Shown here in pieces: positions 29,127-38,395 of a stretch of DNA of 64,000 nucleotides; within the stretch, counting starts at the first letter, position 1, and every line of letters starts with the position of its first letter. Under the pieces are notes generated by a model that worked only from the letters and a program-made list of their open reading frames with translations, did not search any database and had not been told where the DNA came from. The position numbers were made by a program, and so were the translations under genes. Source of the DNA: Candidatus Marinacidobacterium sp. (lineage in GTDB: Bacteria; Acidobacteriota; Vicinamibacteria; Marinacidobacterales; Marinacidobacteraceae); NCBI GenBank assembly GCA_965220965.1, contig OZ244852.1, positions 1,565,254 to 1,629,253 of the forward strand, written 5' to 3'.

Positions 29127-29279
29127 TCGCGATGGAACGAGCACACCTCATAGGGAGTGCTGGACCGAAGCGGCGAGTATAACCTGAAAGCGCACGGCCC
29201 TCCGGACCGTCCGTTCCGCTGCTCCGCCGGAGACGGCGGAGGGCGGCGGGTCGCCCGAAGAGGGACGGACCCCCGAGGG

Positions 29280-30686
29280 TCAGTGCGGTTGGGGGAGTAC
29301 CTGGCCCACCAGGTCCTCGGGGTGGGCCTCGGTGATGCGAGCCGTCACGAAGTTGCCGATGAGCTGCTCCGGAGGGCGGTCCGCGTCCACCAGCAGGACC
29401 CTGGGATCCACATCGGGCGCCTGCCCCTCGGTGCGGCCGGCGAGCAGCAGATCCGACTCCTCGGCGGGGCCGTCCACGAGCACGCGGACCTCCCGCCCCA
29501 CCGCCTCCCGGTGCCGGCGAAGCGAGATCTCCCGCTGGATCTCCATGAGCTGCGCCCTCCGGTCCTCCTTCTCGCCCTCCGGGATGACCTCTTCGGCCAC
29601 ATGGGACGCCGCCGACTCCTCATTGGAATAGAGGAACGCGCCCATCGCGTCGAATTCCGCTTCCTCGACGAACCCGGCGAGCTCGCGGAAGTCCGCTTCC
29701 TCTTCCCCGGGAAATCCGACGATGAAGGTGCTCCGGATCGCCACGCCGGGGACCATTTCCCGGATGCGGTCGAGGAGCTTCGCGTTGCTCTCCCGGTTTC
29801 CGGGCCGGCGCATGGATTTCAGAATACGGCGGCTCGCGTGCTGGAGCGGGATGTCCACGTAGCGGCAGAGTTCGGGCGCCTCCGCCAGCGCCTTGAGCGT
29901 CTCGTCGTCCAGCGTCGTCGGGTAGGCGTAGAGGAAACGCACCCACTCGACGCCGTCCACTCCGGCGAGCTGTCGGAGGAGCGAGGCCAGGCCGTGGCGG
30001 ATCCCCAGATCCACGCCGTAGGCCGTCGTGTCCTGGGCGACCAGGATCAGCTCGCGCGCCCCCTGGGCGGCGAGGTCCTCGGCCTCGGCGAGGACCGAGT
30101 CGGGCGCGCGGCTCCGGAATCGGCCCCGGATCTGCGGGATCACGCAGAACGTGCAGGGATAGTCGCAGCCTTCGGCGACCTTGATGTAGGCGGTGTGCGG
30201 CGGCGTGGACCGGATTCTCGGCGTCGTGTGGTCGTAGAGCCACGAGACCGAGAGGTCGGCGGTCAGCGGCGGCGTCCGCCGGGCGTTTCCGGAGAGGCTG
30301 CTCTTCAGGATCTCGGCGATCCGTTCGACTTCGTCGAGGCCCACGACCGCGTCGATCTCCGGGATCTCTTCGGCGAGCTGGCTCGCGTAGCGCTGGGCGA
30401 GGCACCCGGCGACGACCAGGCGGCGGCAGCGCCCGGTGCGCTTCAGCCGGGCGAGGTCGAGGATCGTGTTGACCCCCTCTTCCTTCGCCGGGCCGATGAA
30501 GCCGCAGGTGTTCACGATGAGCGCATCCGCGGACTCCGGCTCCGCAGTCATCTCGAAGCCGCTCCCGGCCAGGACGCCGGCCATGACCTCGCTGTCAAGC
30601 AGGTTCTTGGCGCATCCGAGGCTCACCAGCCCGACCCGGGCCGGTCCCCTCCCGACCCGAAGCGCGCCCCCGTCCGTGGGGCTCAC
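29280..30686 (-). CDS. rimO: ribosomal protein S12 methylthiotransferase RimO
   Basis: VGLVSLGCAKNLLDSE, NTCGF, radical-SAM CDYPCTFCVIP, DIPLQHAS, and a TRAM-like C-terminus. GTG 30686 overlaps the asnS stop (GTGA); the longer track ORF would overlap asnS by ~150 nt. Confidence 0.9.
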   Translation of the reverse strand: MSPTDGGALRVGRGPARVGLVSLGCAKNLLDSEVMAGVLAGSGFEMTAEPESADALIVNTCGFIGPAKEEGVNTILDLARLKRTGRCRRLVVAGCLAQRYASQLAEEIPEIDAVVGLDEVERIAEILKSSLSGNARRTPPLTADLSVSWLYDHTTPRIRSTPPHTAYIKVAEGCDYPCTFCVIPQIRGRFRSRAPDSVLAEAEDLAAQGARELILVAQDTTAYGVDLGIRHGLASLLRQLAGVDGVEWVRFLYAYPTTLDDETLKALAEAPELCRYVDIPLQHASRRILKSMRRPGNRESNAKLLDRIREMVPGVAIRSTFIVGFPGEEEADFRELAGFVEEAEFDAMGAFLYSNEESAASHVAEEVIPEGEKEDRRAQLMEIQREISLRRHREAVGREVRVLVDGPAEESDLLLAGRTEGQAPDVDPRVLLVDADRPPEQLIGNFVTARITEAHPEDLVGQVLPQPH

Positions 30687-32041
30687 GGCGACAGCCGGTA
30701 GAGGAGGCGCGGGAACGGAATCGCCTCGCGCAGGTGGGCGATCCCCGCCACCCACGACACGAAGCGCTCGATGCCAAGCCCGAACCCCGAGTGGGGCACG
30801 GTTCCGTAGCGGCGGAGGTCGAGATACCATGAGAACGCGTCCTCGGGGAGGTCGTGCTCCTGGACGCGGCGCCGCAGCAGTTCCGGGTCGTGGATGCGCT
30901 GGCTGCCCCCGACGATCTCGCCGTAGCCCTCGGGAGCGATGATGTCGAGGCCGAGCACGCGGTCGGGACGGCCGGGGGCCGGCTCCATGTAGAAGGCCTT
31001 GATCGCCGCCGGGAAGTGGGTGACGACCAGCGGACGGTCCAGATCCTCGGTGAGGGCCGTCTCGTCGGGCGCCCCGAAGTCATCTCCCAGGGTGAACCCG
31101 GTCCCCTTGCGGACGAGGATCTCCCCGGCTTCGTCGTAGGTCATCCGGGGAAAGGGCGCCCGGATCTTCCGGAGCGGTTCCGGGTCGCGCTCGAGCGCCT
31201 CCAGTTCCGGACCGCGGGTGGCGAGCACCCGCTCGATCGCGTGGCAGATGAGCCCTTCGGCGAGCGCCACGATGTCGTCCAGCTCGGCCCAGGCGACTTC
31301 CGGCTCGAGCATCCAGAACTCGATGAGGTGGCGGCGGGTCTTCGACTTTTCGGCCCGGAAGGTGGGCCCCAGGCAGTAGGTCCGGCCCACCGACATCGCG
31401 ACCGCCTCGTTGTAGAGCTGCCCGCTCTGCGCCAGGTAGGCGCGCCGGTCGAAGTACTTCGTCTCGAAGAGCGTCGTCGTCCCCTCGCAGGCGTTCGGCG
31501 TGAAGATCGGCGTGTCGGCGCACACGAAGTCCTGGTCCCGCAGGTAGGCGCGGAAGGCGTGCAGGACCTCGTCCCGGATGCGAAGGAGCGCATGCTGCCG
31601 CCGCGAGCGCAGCCACAGGTGCCGGTGGTCGAGCAGGAACTGGGCCCCGTGTTCCTTCGGGGTGATCGGATAGGGCTCGGCCTCCTGAACGACCCGGAAG
31701 TCGTCGGCCCGGACCTCCATCCCCCCCGGCGCCCGCGGGTCGGCGAACGCGGCCCCGGAAATCTCCACGGCGCTCTCGAGCGGACAGTGTTTCGCCGCCT
31801 CGAAGGCCTCCGGCGGAACCTTCGCCTTGGGGGCGACGACCTGCGCGAAACCGGAACCATCGCGAAAGCTCAGGAACAGCAGCCGTCCGCTGGAGCGCCG
31901 CCCCGCGAGCCAGCCCCGCAGCTTCGCCGGGACTCCCGCCCCGTCCCCGTCGCGCGCCACCGCCTCCCGGAGCCCGGCGAGCGTGGGCCCCATCCGGGCC
32001 TTCCAGGGCGTCTGAGGCACGGAGTCGGCGGAGGTGGTCAT
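30683..32041 (-). CDS. asnS: asparaginyl-tRNA synthetase
   Basis: Class IIb aaRS. Motifs: GPTFRAEKSKTRRHLIEFWMLEPE (AsnRS-type motif 2 region), GGSQRIH, SGFGLGIERFV (motif 3). Confidence 0.88.
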   Translation of the reverse strand: MTTSADSVPQTPWKARMGPTLAGLREAVARDGDGAGVPAKLRGWLAGRRSSGRLLFLSFRDGSGFAQVVAPKAKVPPEAFEAAKHCPLESAVEISGAAFADPRAPGGMEVRADDFRVVQEAEPYPITPKEHGAQFLLDHRHLWLRSRRQHALLRIRDEVLHAFRAYLRDQDFVCADTPIFTPNACEGTTTLFETKYFDRRAYLAQSGQLYNEAVAMSVGRTYCLGPTFRAEKSKTRRHLIEFWMLEPEVAWAELDDIVALAEGLICHAIERVLATRGPELEALERDPEPLRKIRAPFPRMTYDEAGEILVRKGTGFTLGDDFGAPDETALTEDLDRPLVVTHFPAAIKAFYMEPAPGRPDRVLGLDIIAPEGYGEIVGGSQRIHDPELLRRRVQEHDLPEDAFSWYLDLRRYGTVPHSGFGLGIERFVSWVAGIAHLREAIPFPRLLYRLSP

Positions 32042-32323
32042 CGGAGCGCCGGAAGGGTACCCCTCTCCACGTCGGTGCGTCCGGGCGCGCCAGCAGCCGA
32101 CAGTCGGGGAACCGCCGAGACCTAGCAGCCCGTTGACAAAGTCCCGCGGCCCGGTTCTCCCGGTAGGGGCTCGAGCGGCGATGCATCCCGCCCGAACCGC
32201 GCCCCTTTGGGGCGCTCATCGTTGCGTTTCACTCGGAATATTCCCGATATTCCTCGCTCACGCGCCTTGTCGGCCGGGCGCCTCACCGCTCTCGGCGCTG
32301 CACGTGACTCTATCAACGGACTG

Positions 32324-33421
32324 CTACGCGCCAGCGGACCCGGTCTCGTCGAGGAGCTCTCCCAGCAGGGACCCGAGACGGCGCCGCGCGGGCCATCGGT
32401 CCAGGTTCTCGCGGACGGCGGCGAGGGTGGGAGCGATGAAGCTCCGGTAGACCGGGTTCCGGCGTCGATGGACCTGGAATCCGTAGGTTCCGAGCGCCTT
32501 CAGCCCGCGCTGGAGCGCCACCGCGTCGAGCTCCCACTGGAGCTCCTCGCCGGAAGACCCCTCCAGCCCGGTCGCTTCGCAAAATCCCTCGAGGAGCTCG
32601 GCCTCGCTCACCGGATGCCGGCGCCCGCCCGGACCCGCCGCCACGTAGGGGTCGCGCGCCAGCGAGACGAAGTCGTAGAGGCGGGGACCGAGACGGGTGT
32701 CCTGGTGGTCGATCACCGAGAGCGCGCCTCCCGCGCTCCCGGGGTGGGCGATCAGGTTCCGGGAGTGGTAGTCGCGGTGGCAGAGCGCCGTCGGGAACGA
32801 GGCGGCCTCAGCGGCCAGCTCTACGAGCGCCCGGTCGAGCGCCGCCTGATCGACGTCCCGGGCGGCCCGGTCGCTCCGGGGATCGGCGAAGTGCTCGAGG
32901 AAGAAGCGCAGCTCGCGGACGAACAGCGCCTCGTCGAGATGCATGGAGAACGCGCGGTAGCGCGCCGCTTCGGCGGCGGCCCCGACGCTCGCTCCCTCGC
33001 GCTGGATGACGCCGAGGATCGAGACCGCTTCCCGGTAGAGCGCCGGGGTCTGGGGATCGCCGGCGAGCGCGGCGGTCTGGAGGAGCTCGTCTCCCAGGTC
33101 TTCCAGCGCGAGAGCTCCCAGGTCCGGCGCCTCGACGCCGAGTTCGGGGGCGCGCACCCCGAGGCGGCGATAGAGCGCGGCGGAGTCCGCGAACGGCAGC
33201 GACCCGGGAGAGTACGGACCGGACATGACGCACGCCACGAACGTCCGGTGGCCGGAACCCGGCGGATCGACGGGGAGCGCGGCGCCTCCCGGAGGCCGCA
33301 CGCGGAAGTAGACCCTCTCCCCGGCGTCCTGGACCAGCCGCTCCACCCCGGCGCCGGCGCACCCGGTTCGCTCGAGGAAGGCGGCCAGCCGCTCCTCGAG
33401 CGAAGCCGGAGGCGAGCTCAC
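32324..33421 (-). CDS. aminoglycoside-phosphotransferase-fold sugar kinase (AmgK-like anomeric kinase)
   Basis: Lies in ORF 32324..34285. Conserved part starts VSSPPASLEERL. Motifs: LCHRDYHSRNLI (APH catalytic loop), VIDHQD, YDFVSLARD. GTG 33421 overlaps the upstream stop (GTGA). Confidence 0.8.
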   Translation of the reverse strand: MSSPPASLEERLAAFLERTGCAGAGVERLVQDAGERVYFRVRPPGGAALPVDPPGSGHRTFVACVMSGPYSPGSLPFADSAALYRRLGVRAPELGVEAPDLGALALEDLGDELLQTAALAGDPQTPALYREAVSILGVIQREGASVGAAAEAARYRAFSMHLDEALFVRELRFFLEHFADPRSDRAARDVDQAALDRALVELAAEAASFPTALCHRDYHSRNLIAHPGSAGGALSVIDHQDTRLGPRLYDFVSLARDPYVAAGPGGRRHPVSEAELLEGFCEATGLEGSSGEELQWELDAVALQRGLKALGTYGFQVHRRRNPVYRSFIAPTLAAVRENLDRWPARRRLGSLLGELLDETGSAGA

Positions 33422-34359
33422 AGCGCCGCCTCCCGCCCGCCGGCGACCAGCTTCCCCTCGATCCGGGCCCCGTGCGGGATCCGCTCGCCGGGGCCCACGA
33501 CGGAGTCCAGCACGACCGCGCCGTCCCCGATTTCGACCTCCCCGCCGATGACGGAGCGCTCCACCCGGGCGCCGGGCCCCAGCCGGACGCCGGGGCCCAG
33601 CAGTTCGGGCGGCTCCGCCGAGGCCCCCGCGCCCAGGACGACGCCGTCCGCGGGCGCCCCGCGGAACATCCCGAGGGCGAGCGCGCGTCGGGAGGCCTCG
33701 AGATAGCGCCGGGGCGTTCCGATCTCGAACCAGGGCGATCGGGTCTCGAAGAGGCGCGCGCTCCCGGCGGCGGCGAGTGGGGGGAAGAGGTCTCTGGCGA
33801 GCCCGCCCGGCCGCCCGGAGAGGTGGCGGAGCGCCGACGGGGCGAGAAGCCAGACGCCGCCAAACACCGGCCCCGCCCCTCCCGGCGCGGTGAGTCCGGC
33901 GAACGCTCCGCCGCTCGCGCGCAGGCGGCGCTCGCCCCGAAGCTGCGGGTCCGGGTCGGGGTCGGCGAGCAGCGTCGCCTCGGCGCCGCTGGCGAAGTGC
34001 GCCTCCGCCATCGCCCCGAGATCGGCGGTGTGGAGGGTGTCTCCGTTCACGACGAAGAAGGACTCCTCGCCGAACCGGTCCCGGACCCGGTGGAGGCCGC
34101 CGGCCGTTCCCAGGAGCTCGGCCTCGAACGAACGGACGACGCGGAGCGGACAGGGTCCCTCGGATTCGACCTGCGCGAGAAGCGGTTCGAGGCTCGCGGG
34201 GCGGTGATGGAGGTTCACGACGGCTTCCCGGACTCCGGCGTCGCGGAGGCGGCGAAGGATGCGCAGCAGAAGCGGCGTTCCGCAAAACGGCAGAGCCGGC
34301 TTGGCGCAGCGGGAGGTGAGCGGCCCCATGCGCTCGCCGCGGCCGGCGGCGAACACCAT
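33418..34359 (-). CDS. NDP-sugar pyrophosphorylase (nucleotidyltransferase plus left-handed beta-helix)
   Basis: MVFAAGRGERMGPLTSRCAKPALPF, LLGTAGGL, VVNGDTL, and a C-terminal hexapeptide-like GARVERSVIGGEVEIGDGAVVLDSVVGPGERI. Start ATG 34359; the upstream extension would overlap smc. Confidence 0.82.
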   Translation of the reverse strand: MVFAAGRGERMGPLTSRCAKPALPFCGTPLLLRILRRLRDAGVREAVVNLHHRPASLEPLLAQVESEGPCPLRVVRSFEAELLGTAGGLHRVRDRFGEESFFVVNGDTLHTADLGAMAEAHFASGAEATLLADPDPDPQLRGERRLRASGGAFAGLTAPGGAGPVFGGVWLLAPSALRHLSGRPGGLARDLFPPLAAAGSARLFETRSPWFEIGTPRRYLEASRRALALGMFRGAPADGVVLGAGASAEPPELLGPGVRLGPGARVERSVIGGEVEIGDGAVVLDSVVGPGERIPHGARIEGKLVAGGREAAL

Positions 34360-34426
34360 CGCCCGCGAGGGCGCCGCCGGCCGGGCGGCGCCGGAATCCG
34401 GATCCGGCCCCAACCCCTGATCTCCG

Positions 34427-37400
34427 TCAGGCGGGTAGCGCCGAGGCCGGGGGCGACGCCTCCCCGGCGACCCAGCGGTCGAACCCCTCGGCATCGATCT
34501 CCACCGAGATCACGCGGGACACGCCGGGCTCCTCCATCGTGACCCCGTAGAGGTGCCGACAGGCCTCCATCGTGATCCGGTTGTGGGTGATCACGACCAA
34601 CTGGGTCTCCTGGCGGAGCTCGTCGAGCAGCGCGGCGAACCGCTGGGCGTTCGGGTCGTCGAGCGGAGCATCCACCTCGTCGAGCAGGCAGACCGGCGCC
34701 GGGCGGTAGCGGAACAACGCGATGAGGAACGCGATGGCGGTCATCGCCTTCTCGCCCCCGGAGAGCAGCCGGGCGCTCTGGAATTTCTTGCCGGGAGGCT
34801 CCGCGAAGATCTCGATCCCGGGCTCCTCGTCGGCCGGGGCGTGGTTCGGGTCGGACACGGCCGCATCGCCGTTCCCGCCGGGAACCTCGCTGCTCGGCGC
34901 GGCGCCGTTCGGCGCGGGATCAGGTTCCCCGTTCGGCGCCGCCGTCGGGGCGTCCGGCGGATAAGGAGCCGCCGCGGACGGCCTCCGGACGAGTTCGGCG
35001 CGGCCGCCGCCGAACAGTTGCCGGAAGGCCTCGTCGAAGTTGCGGTTCACGTGGTCGAATCCCGTCCGGAACGCCCGCCTCGCCTCGCGGTCCTGCCGGG
35101 CGATGGCCTGCCGCCCGTCGGCGACGCCTTCCTCGACGTCCCGCAGTTGGGCGGCCGGCCCCTCACGCTCCCCCTCGAGCTCGGCGAGGCGCGCCTCCGC
35201 GACCTGGTTCACCGGACCCAGCCGTTCGAGGCCGTCCCGGACGGAGCCGAGCTCCCGCTCGACCTCCTCCACCGGCCGGTCGAGGAGTCCGTCCGGGAGG
35301 GAGGCGCCTTCCTCGCCCAGCGGCTTCCCGTGTTCCATCTCGAACTCGCTCTCGAGATGACGCAGAAGGGCGCGGGCCTCCTGGATCCGGCCGCGCTGCG
35401 GCGCCAGCCGCTCCTCCACGGCGTCGAGCTCGCCCCGCCGCTCGCGAAGGCGGTCGTCCCCCGGCCGCACGAACCCGTCGAGTTCGGACACGCGCGCCCG
35501 GAGCCGCTCCGCGGCCCGGGACGCTTCCTTCGCCCGGACCCGGGCGGCCTCCAGCTCGCGCTCCGCCGTCGCCCGGCGCTCCTCCCAGGCCGCCTCGTCC
35601 GCCGCCAGCCGGGTCCGCGCCGCCGCGATGCGATCCAGGCGCCCAGCGTCCTCCCGGGCTTCGCGGTCCCGCGTCTGGTCCGCGCGGCGCACCTCGTCGC
35701 GGATCGCCTGCTCGCGGGCCAGGGCCTGGTCCGCGGTCTGGAACGCATCTTCGGAGGTCGTAAGCGCCTCCCGGGCGGCGTCGAGCTCCTCCTCGCGTTC
35801 CGGGATGTCGCTCGCGGCGCGTTCGAGCAGCGCCCTGTCGCGTTCGATCGCTTCGGCGACCCGGACGCCCGAAGCTTCATTGCGCTCCGCTTCATCGCGA
35901 TTCCGGTCGAGGCGCGAGCTGAGCTCCTCGAGCTGGCGGCCGACCTCGGCGACCGCCGCGGCGCAGCGCTCCGTCTCGATCCGCCGTCGGAGCGCCTCCC
36001 CTTCGGCGGCGGTCAGCGCCTCCCGGCGCGCCTCGCGCTCCTCTCCGGCCCGCCCAGCCTCGGCCTGTCTCGCTTCGAGCGCCTTGCCGGCGTCGGCCAG
36101 CCGGCGCTCGGCGTCCGCCCTGCCGTGTTCGAGCACCGCGAGTTCGCGGCGCGCCGAGAGGAAGCCCTCGCCGGGGCCTCCCCGCCCGAGGCGAACGACC
36201 CCCGGCGGGATGACGCTCTCTCCGGCCCGCGTGACATAGAGCGCCGGGCGCTCGCGGAAGCGGGTGAGCGCCGTCTGAAGATCGGCGACGACCTCCGCAT
36301 CCGGGACGAGCGCCTGAACCGCCGCGTCGGCGCCCGACACGTGGTCGCGCAGCGCATCGCCGTCCACCGCGCGGGAGGACGGCGCCGAGGCGGCCAACTC
36401 GGAGACGAGCACCTCGAGAGGCTCCGTATCGTCCGCCTCCCGAGCCAGGTCGAGAAGGTCTTCGACGCTCCGCACCCGTAACCGATGCGCCCCCACGAGC
36501 CGCTCCGCGGCGGCCTCGTACCCCGGCTCCACCTCGATCGCCTCGCCGACGGCGCCCAGAAGGGGGCCATCCTCCCCACCGGCCGCCGCCAGACGACGCG
36601 CGGCCGCCGGCCCCAGTTGCTCGCGGGACAGCACCAGCGCCCGCTGGGCGGCGAGCCGGGCGTCGGTCTCCGCGAGCGCGCGTCCGGCGTCGGAAGCGGC
36701 GCTGGTGGCCGCTTCGAGCGCGGCCGCCGCGTCCTGACTCCGACGCTCGGCGAGCCGCAGCTCGTCGCGTCGCCGGAGCGCCGTCGCCTCCGCCTCCTGC
36801 TGGCGGCGGAGAGCCTCCGCTTCGGCCCGCCCCACGTGCGCCTTCCGCGCCTCGAGCGCCCGGCGCTCGCCGTCGAGCCGGACGCGAAGCTCCCCCAGCC
36901 GCTCCACGCTCTCCTGGTGCTGCTCGCGGGCCATCCGGTGGGTGCGCATGGCGCCCTGCAGCCGCTCGACTTCCCGGCGCGCCGCCTCGAGACGAAGATG
37001 CGAGCGGCGCTCGGCGTCCCGGGCGGCGACGCGGGCGTCGCTCCGCTCGCGGACCTGCAGCGCGAGCGCCTCGACCCGCGCCGGGAGCTCCCGGGTGCGG
37101 CGGGCGTGATCCGCCCCGGTGGCGCGCCGCCGGGCGACCGCTTCCGAGAGGTCGGCCTCCTCCTGCTCCAGACGCTCGCGCTCCGCGTTCCGCTGCTCGG
37201 CGGCGCGCTCTCCCTCCTCGAGGACCGCGGCGGCCTTGGTGGCCCGGCTTCTCCAGTCGAAGGCGGCGTGATTCCGCTCGTCGAGACGGATCTGGGTCGC
37301 GTCCCGTTCCTCGCGGAGCGATCCGAGGAAACGCTCGTAGGCCCGTAGGCTGGCCGCCCGTCGCTGCGCTTCCGCCTCGAGCCGCCGGAGGGGCTGCTCG

Positions 37401-38179
37401 CCCCGGCCGATCTCGCGCAGCCAGGTGTTGCGCAGGATGAGCTGACGCGCGAGTTCGAGCTCGCCGGCGCGGCGCTCCAGCTTGCGAACCCGCCGGGCCG
37501 CCCGCGAGTCGCGCCGGGCGCGGCGGATCAGGCGCTCCAGTTCCCCGAGCCGCTCCCGGACCCGTTCGAGCGAGCGCTCCGCGGCCCTCAGGTTCGACTC
37601 CGCCTCCTTCCGGTTCACCCGGTAGGGACCCAGACCGGCGGCCTCCTCGACGAGCAGCCGGAGCTCGTCCGGCTTCGAGGTGAGCACCTCGGTGACGCGG
37701 CCCTGCCCGATCATGGCGTAGGAGCCGGCGACGAGCCCGGTCCCGGCGAAGAGACGCTGGATCTCGCGGCGGGTGGAGCGGCGCCCGTCCATCTCGTAGA
37801 CCGAGCCGCCGCTCGCGTCCACCCGCCGGGAAATCACGACCCGCCGTCCCGGCGCGGCCGCATGGCCCGCGGCCCCGTTGCCGTTCGCGCCGCCGGAAGG
37901 GTCGACTCCGCCTCCGCGCTCGACGCCGCTCACCTCGAGCCGCACCTCGGCCACTCCGAGCGGCCCCCGGAGCTCGCTTCCGCCGAAGATCAGGTCCTTG
38001 CCGCGGGCCCGGATCGTGGCGCTCCCCAGCTCGCCGAGCACCCAGAACAGGGCGTCGGCGATGTTGCTCTTGCCGCAACCGTTGGGCCCGACGACGGCGG
38101 TCGCCGCCTGGTGGAAGACGATCGCCACCGGATCGGCGAAGCTCTTGAAGCCCGCGATCTCGAGCCGCTCGATTCTCAT
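34427..38179 (-). CDS. smc: chromosome partition protein SMC
   Basis: MRIERLEIAGFKSFAD, Walker A GPNGCGKSN, long coiled coils with a hinge, LSGGEKAMTAIAF, Walker B LLDEVDAPLD. Confidence 0.95.
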   Translation of the reverse strand: MRIERLEIAGFKSFADPVAIVFHQAATAVVGPNGCGKSNIADALFWVLGELGSATIRARGKDLIFGGSELRGPLGVAEVRLEVSGVERGGGVDPSGGANGNGAAGHAAAPGRRVVISRRVDASGGSVYEMDGRRSTRREIQRLFAGTGLVAGSYAMIGQGRVTEVLTSKPDELRLLVEEAAGLGPYRVNRKEAESNLRAAERSLERVRERLGELERLIRRARRDSRAARRVRKLERRAGELELARQLILRNTWLREIGRGEQPLRRLEAEAQRRAASLRAYERFLGSLREERDATQIRLDERNHAAFDWRSRATKAAAVLEEGERAAEQRNAERERLEQEEADLSEAVARRRATGADHARRTRELPARVEALALQVRERSDARVAARDAERRSHLRLEAARREVERLQGAMRTHRMAREQHQESVERLGELRVRLDGERRALEARKAHVGRAEAEALRRQQEAEATALRRRDELRLAERRSQDAAAALEAATSAASDAGRALAETDARLAAQRALVLSREQLGPAAARRLAAAGGEDGPLLGAVGEAIEVEPGYEAAAERLVGAHRLRVRSVEDLLDLAREADDTEPLEVLVSELAASAPSSRAVDGDALRDHVSGADAAVQALVPDAEVVADLQTALTRFRERPALYVTRAGESVIPPGVVRLGRGGPGEGFLSARRELAVLEHGRADAERRLADAGKALEARQAEAGRAGEEREARREALTAAEGEALRRRIETERCAAAVAEVGRQLEELSSRLDRNRDEAERNEASGVRVAEAIERDRALLERAASDIPEREEELDAAREALTTSEDAFQTADQALAREQAIRDEVRRADQTRDREAREDAGRLDRIAAARTRLAADEAAWEERRATAERELEAARVRAKEASRAAERLRARVSELDGFVRPGDDRLRERRGELDAVEERLAPQRGRIQEARALLRHLESEFEMEHGKPLGEEGASLPDGLLDRPVEEVERELGSVRDGLERLGPVNQVAEARLAELEGEREGPAAQLRDVEEGVADGRQAIARQDREARRAFRTGFDHVNRNFDEAFRQLFGGGRAELVRRPSAAAPYPPDAPTAAPNGEPDPAPNGAAPSSEVPGGNGDAAVSDPNHAPADEEPGIEIFAEPPGKKFQSARLLSGGEKAMTAIAFLIALFRYRPAPVCLLDEVDAPLDDPNAQRFAALLDELRQETQLVVITHNRITMEACRHLYGVTMEEPGVSRVISVEIDAEGFDRWVAGEASPPASALPA

Positions 38180-38395
38180 GGCGGAGTCCGGCGACCGGGC
38201 CGCCTCACGGACGGCGCAGGCGCGGTCGCGGGAGCGTTGGGCACAGCGGCGAAAAGATGGGCCGACCCCAACATGTTGTGGTCTGCCGGGCGACGAACCC
38301 CAATATACAGTATGTGACGCCCGCCGGCGGCATCACGGCGAACCCCCGCGATATGGTCCCGTTCGCCGTCGCCGACCGATCGGTCTCGCCCGTTC

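Noticed and set aside
28953-29151. Long form of rimP starting at ATG 29151 (ORF-track start), and the nusA-frame ORF starting at 29146.
   Set aside because: The extension would have to be translated through a perfect intrinsic terminator (10-bp stem plus U7 at 29094..29126). It has no SD, and the encoded residues match nothing in RimP. Conserved RimP sequence begins around 28990-28950.
30687-30830. Upstream extension of rimO to ATG 30830.
   Set aside because: It would overlap the conserved C-terminus of asnS by ~150 nt in another frame and encodes Arg/Pro-rich sequence. GTG 30686 gives a GTGA junction and a normal RimO N-terminus.
38280-38320. AT-rich patch ccccaatatacagtatgtgacg between smc and the DUF502 gene, considered as a LexA/SOS box or other palindromic operator.
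   Set aside because: It is not actually palindromic: atacagtat is not self-complementary. It fits neither CTGT-N8-ACAG nor GAAC-N4-GTTC. It is probably just the divergent promoter -10 region.
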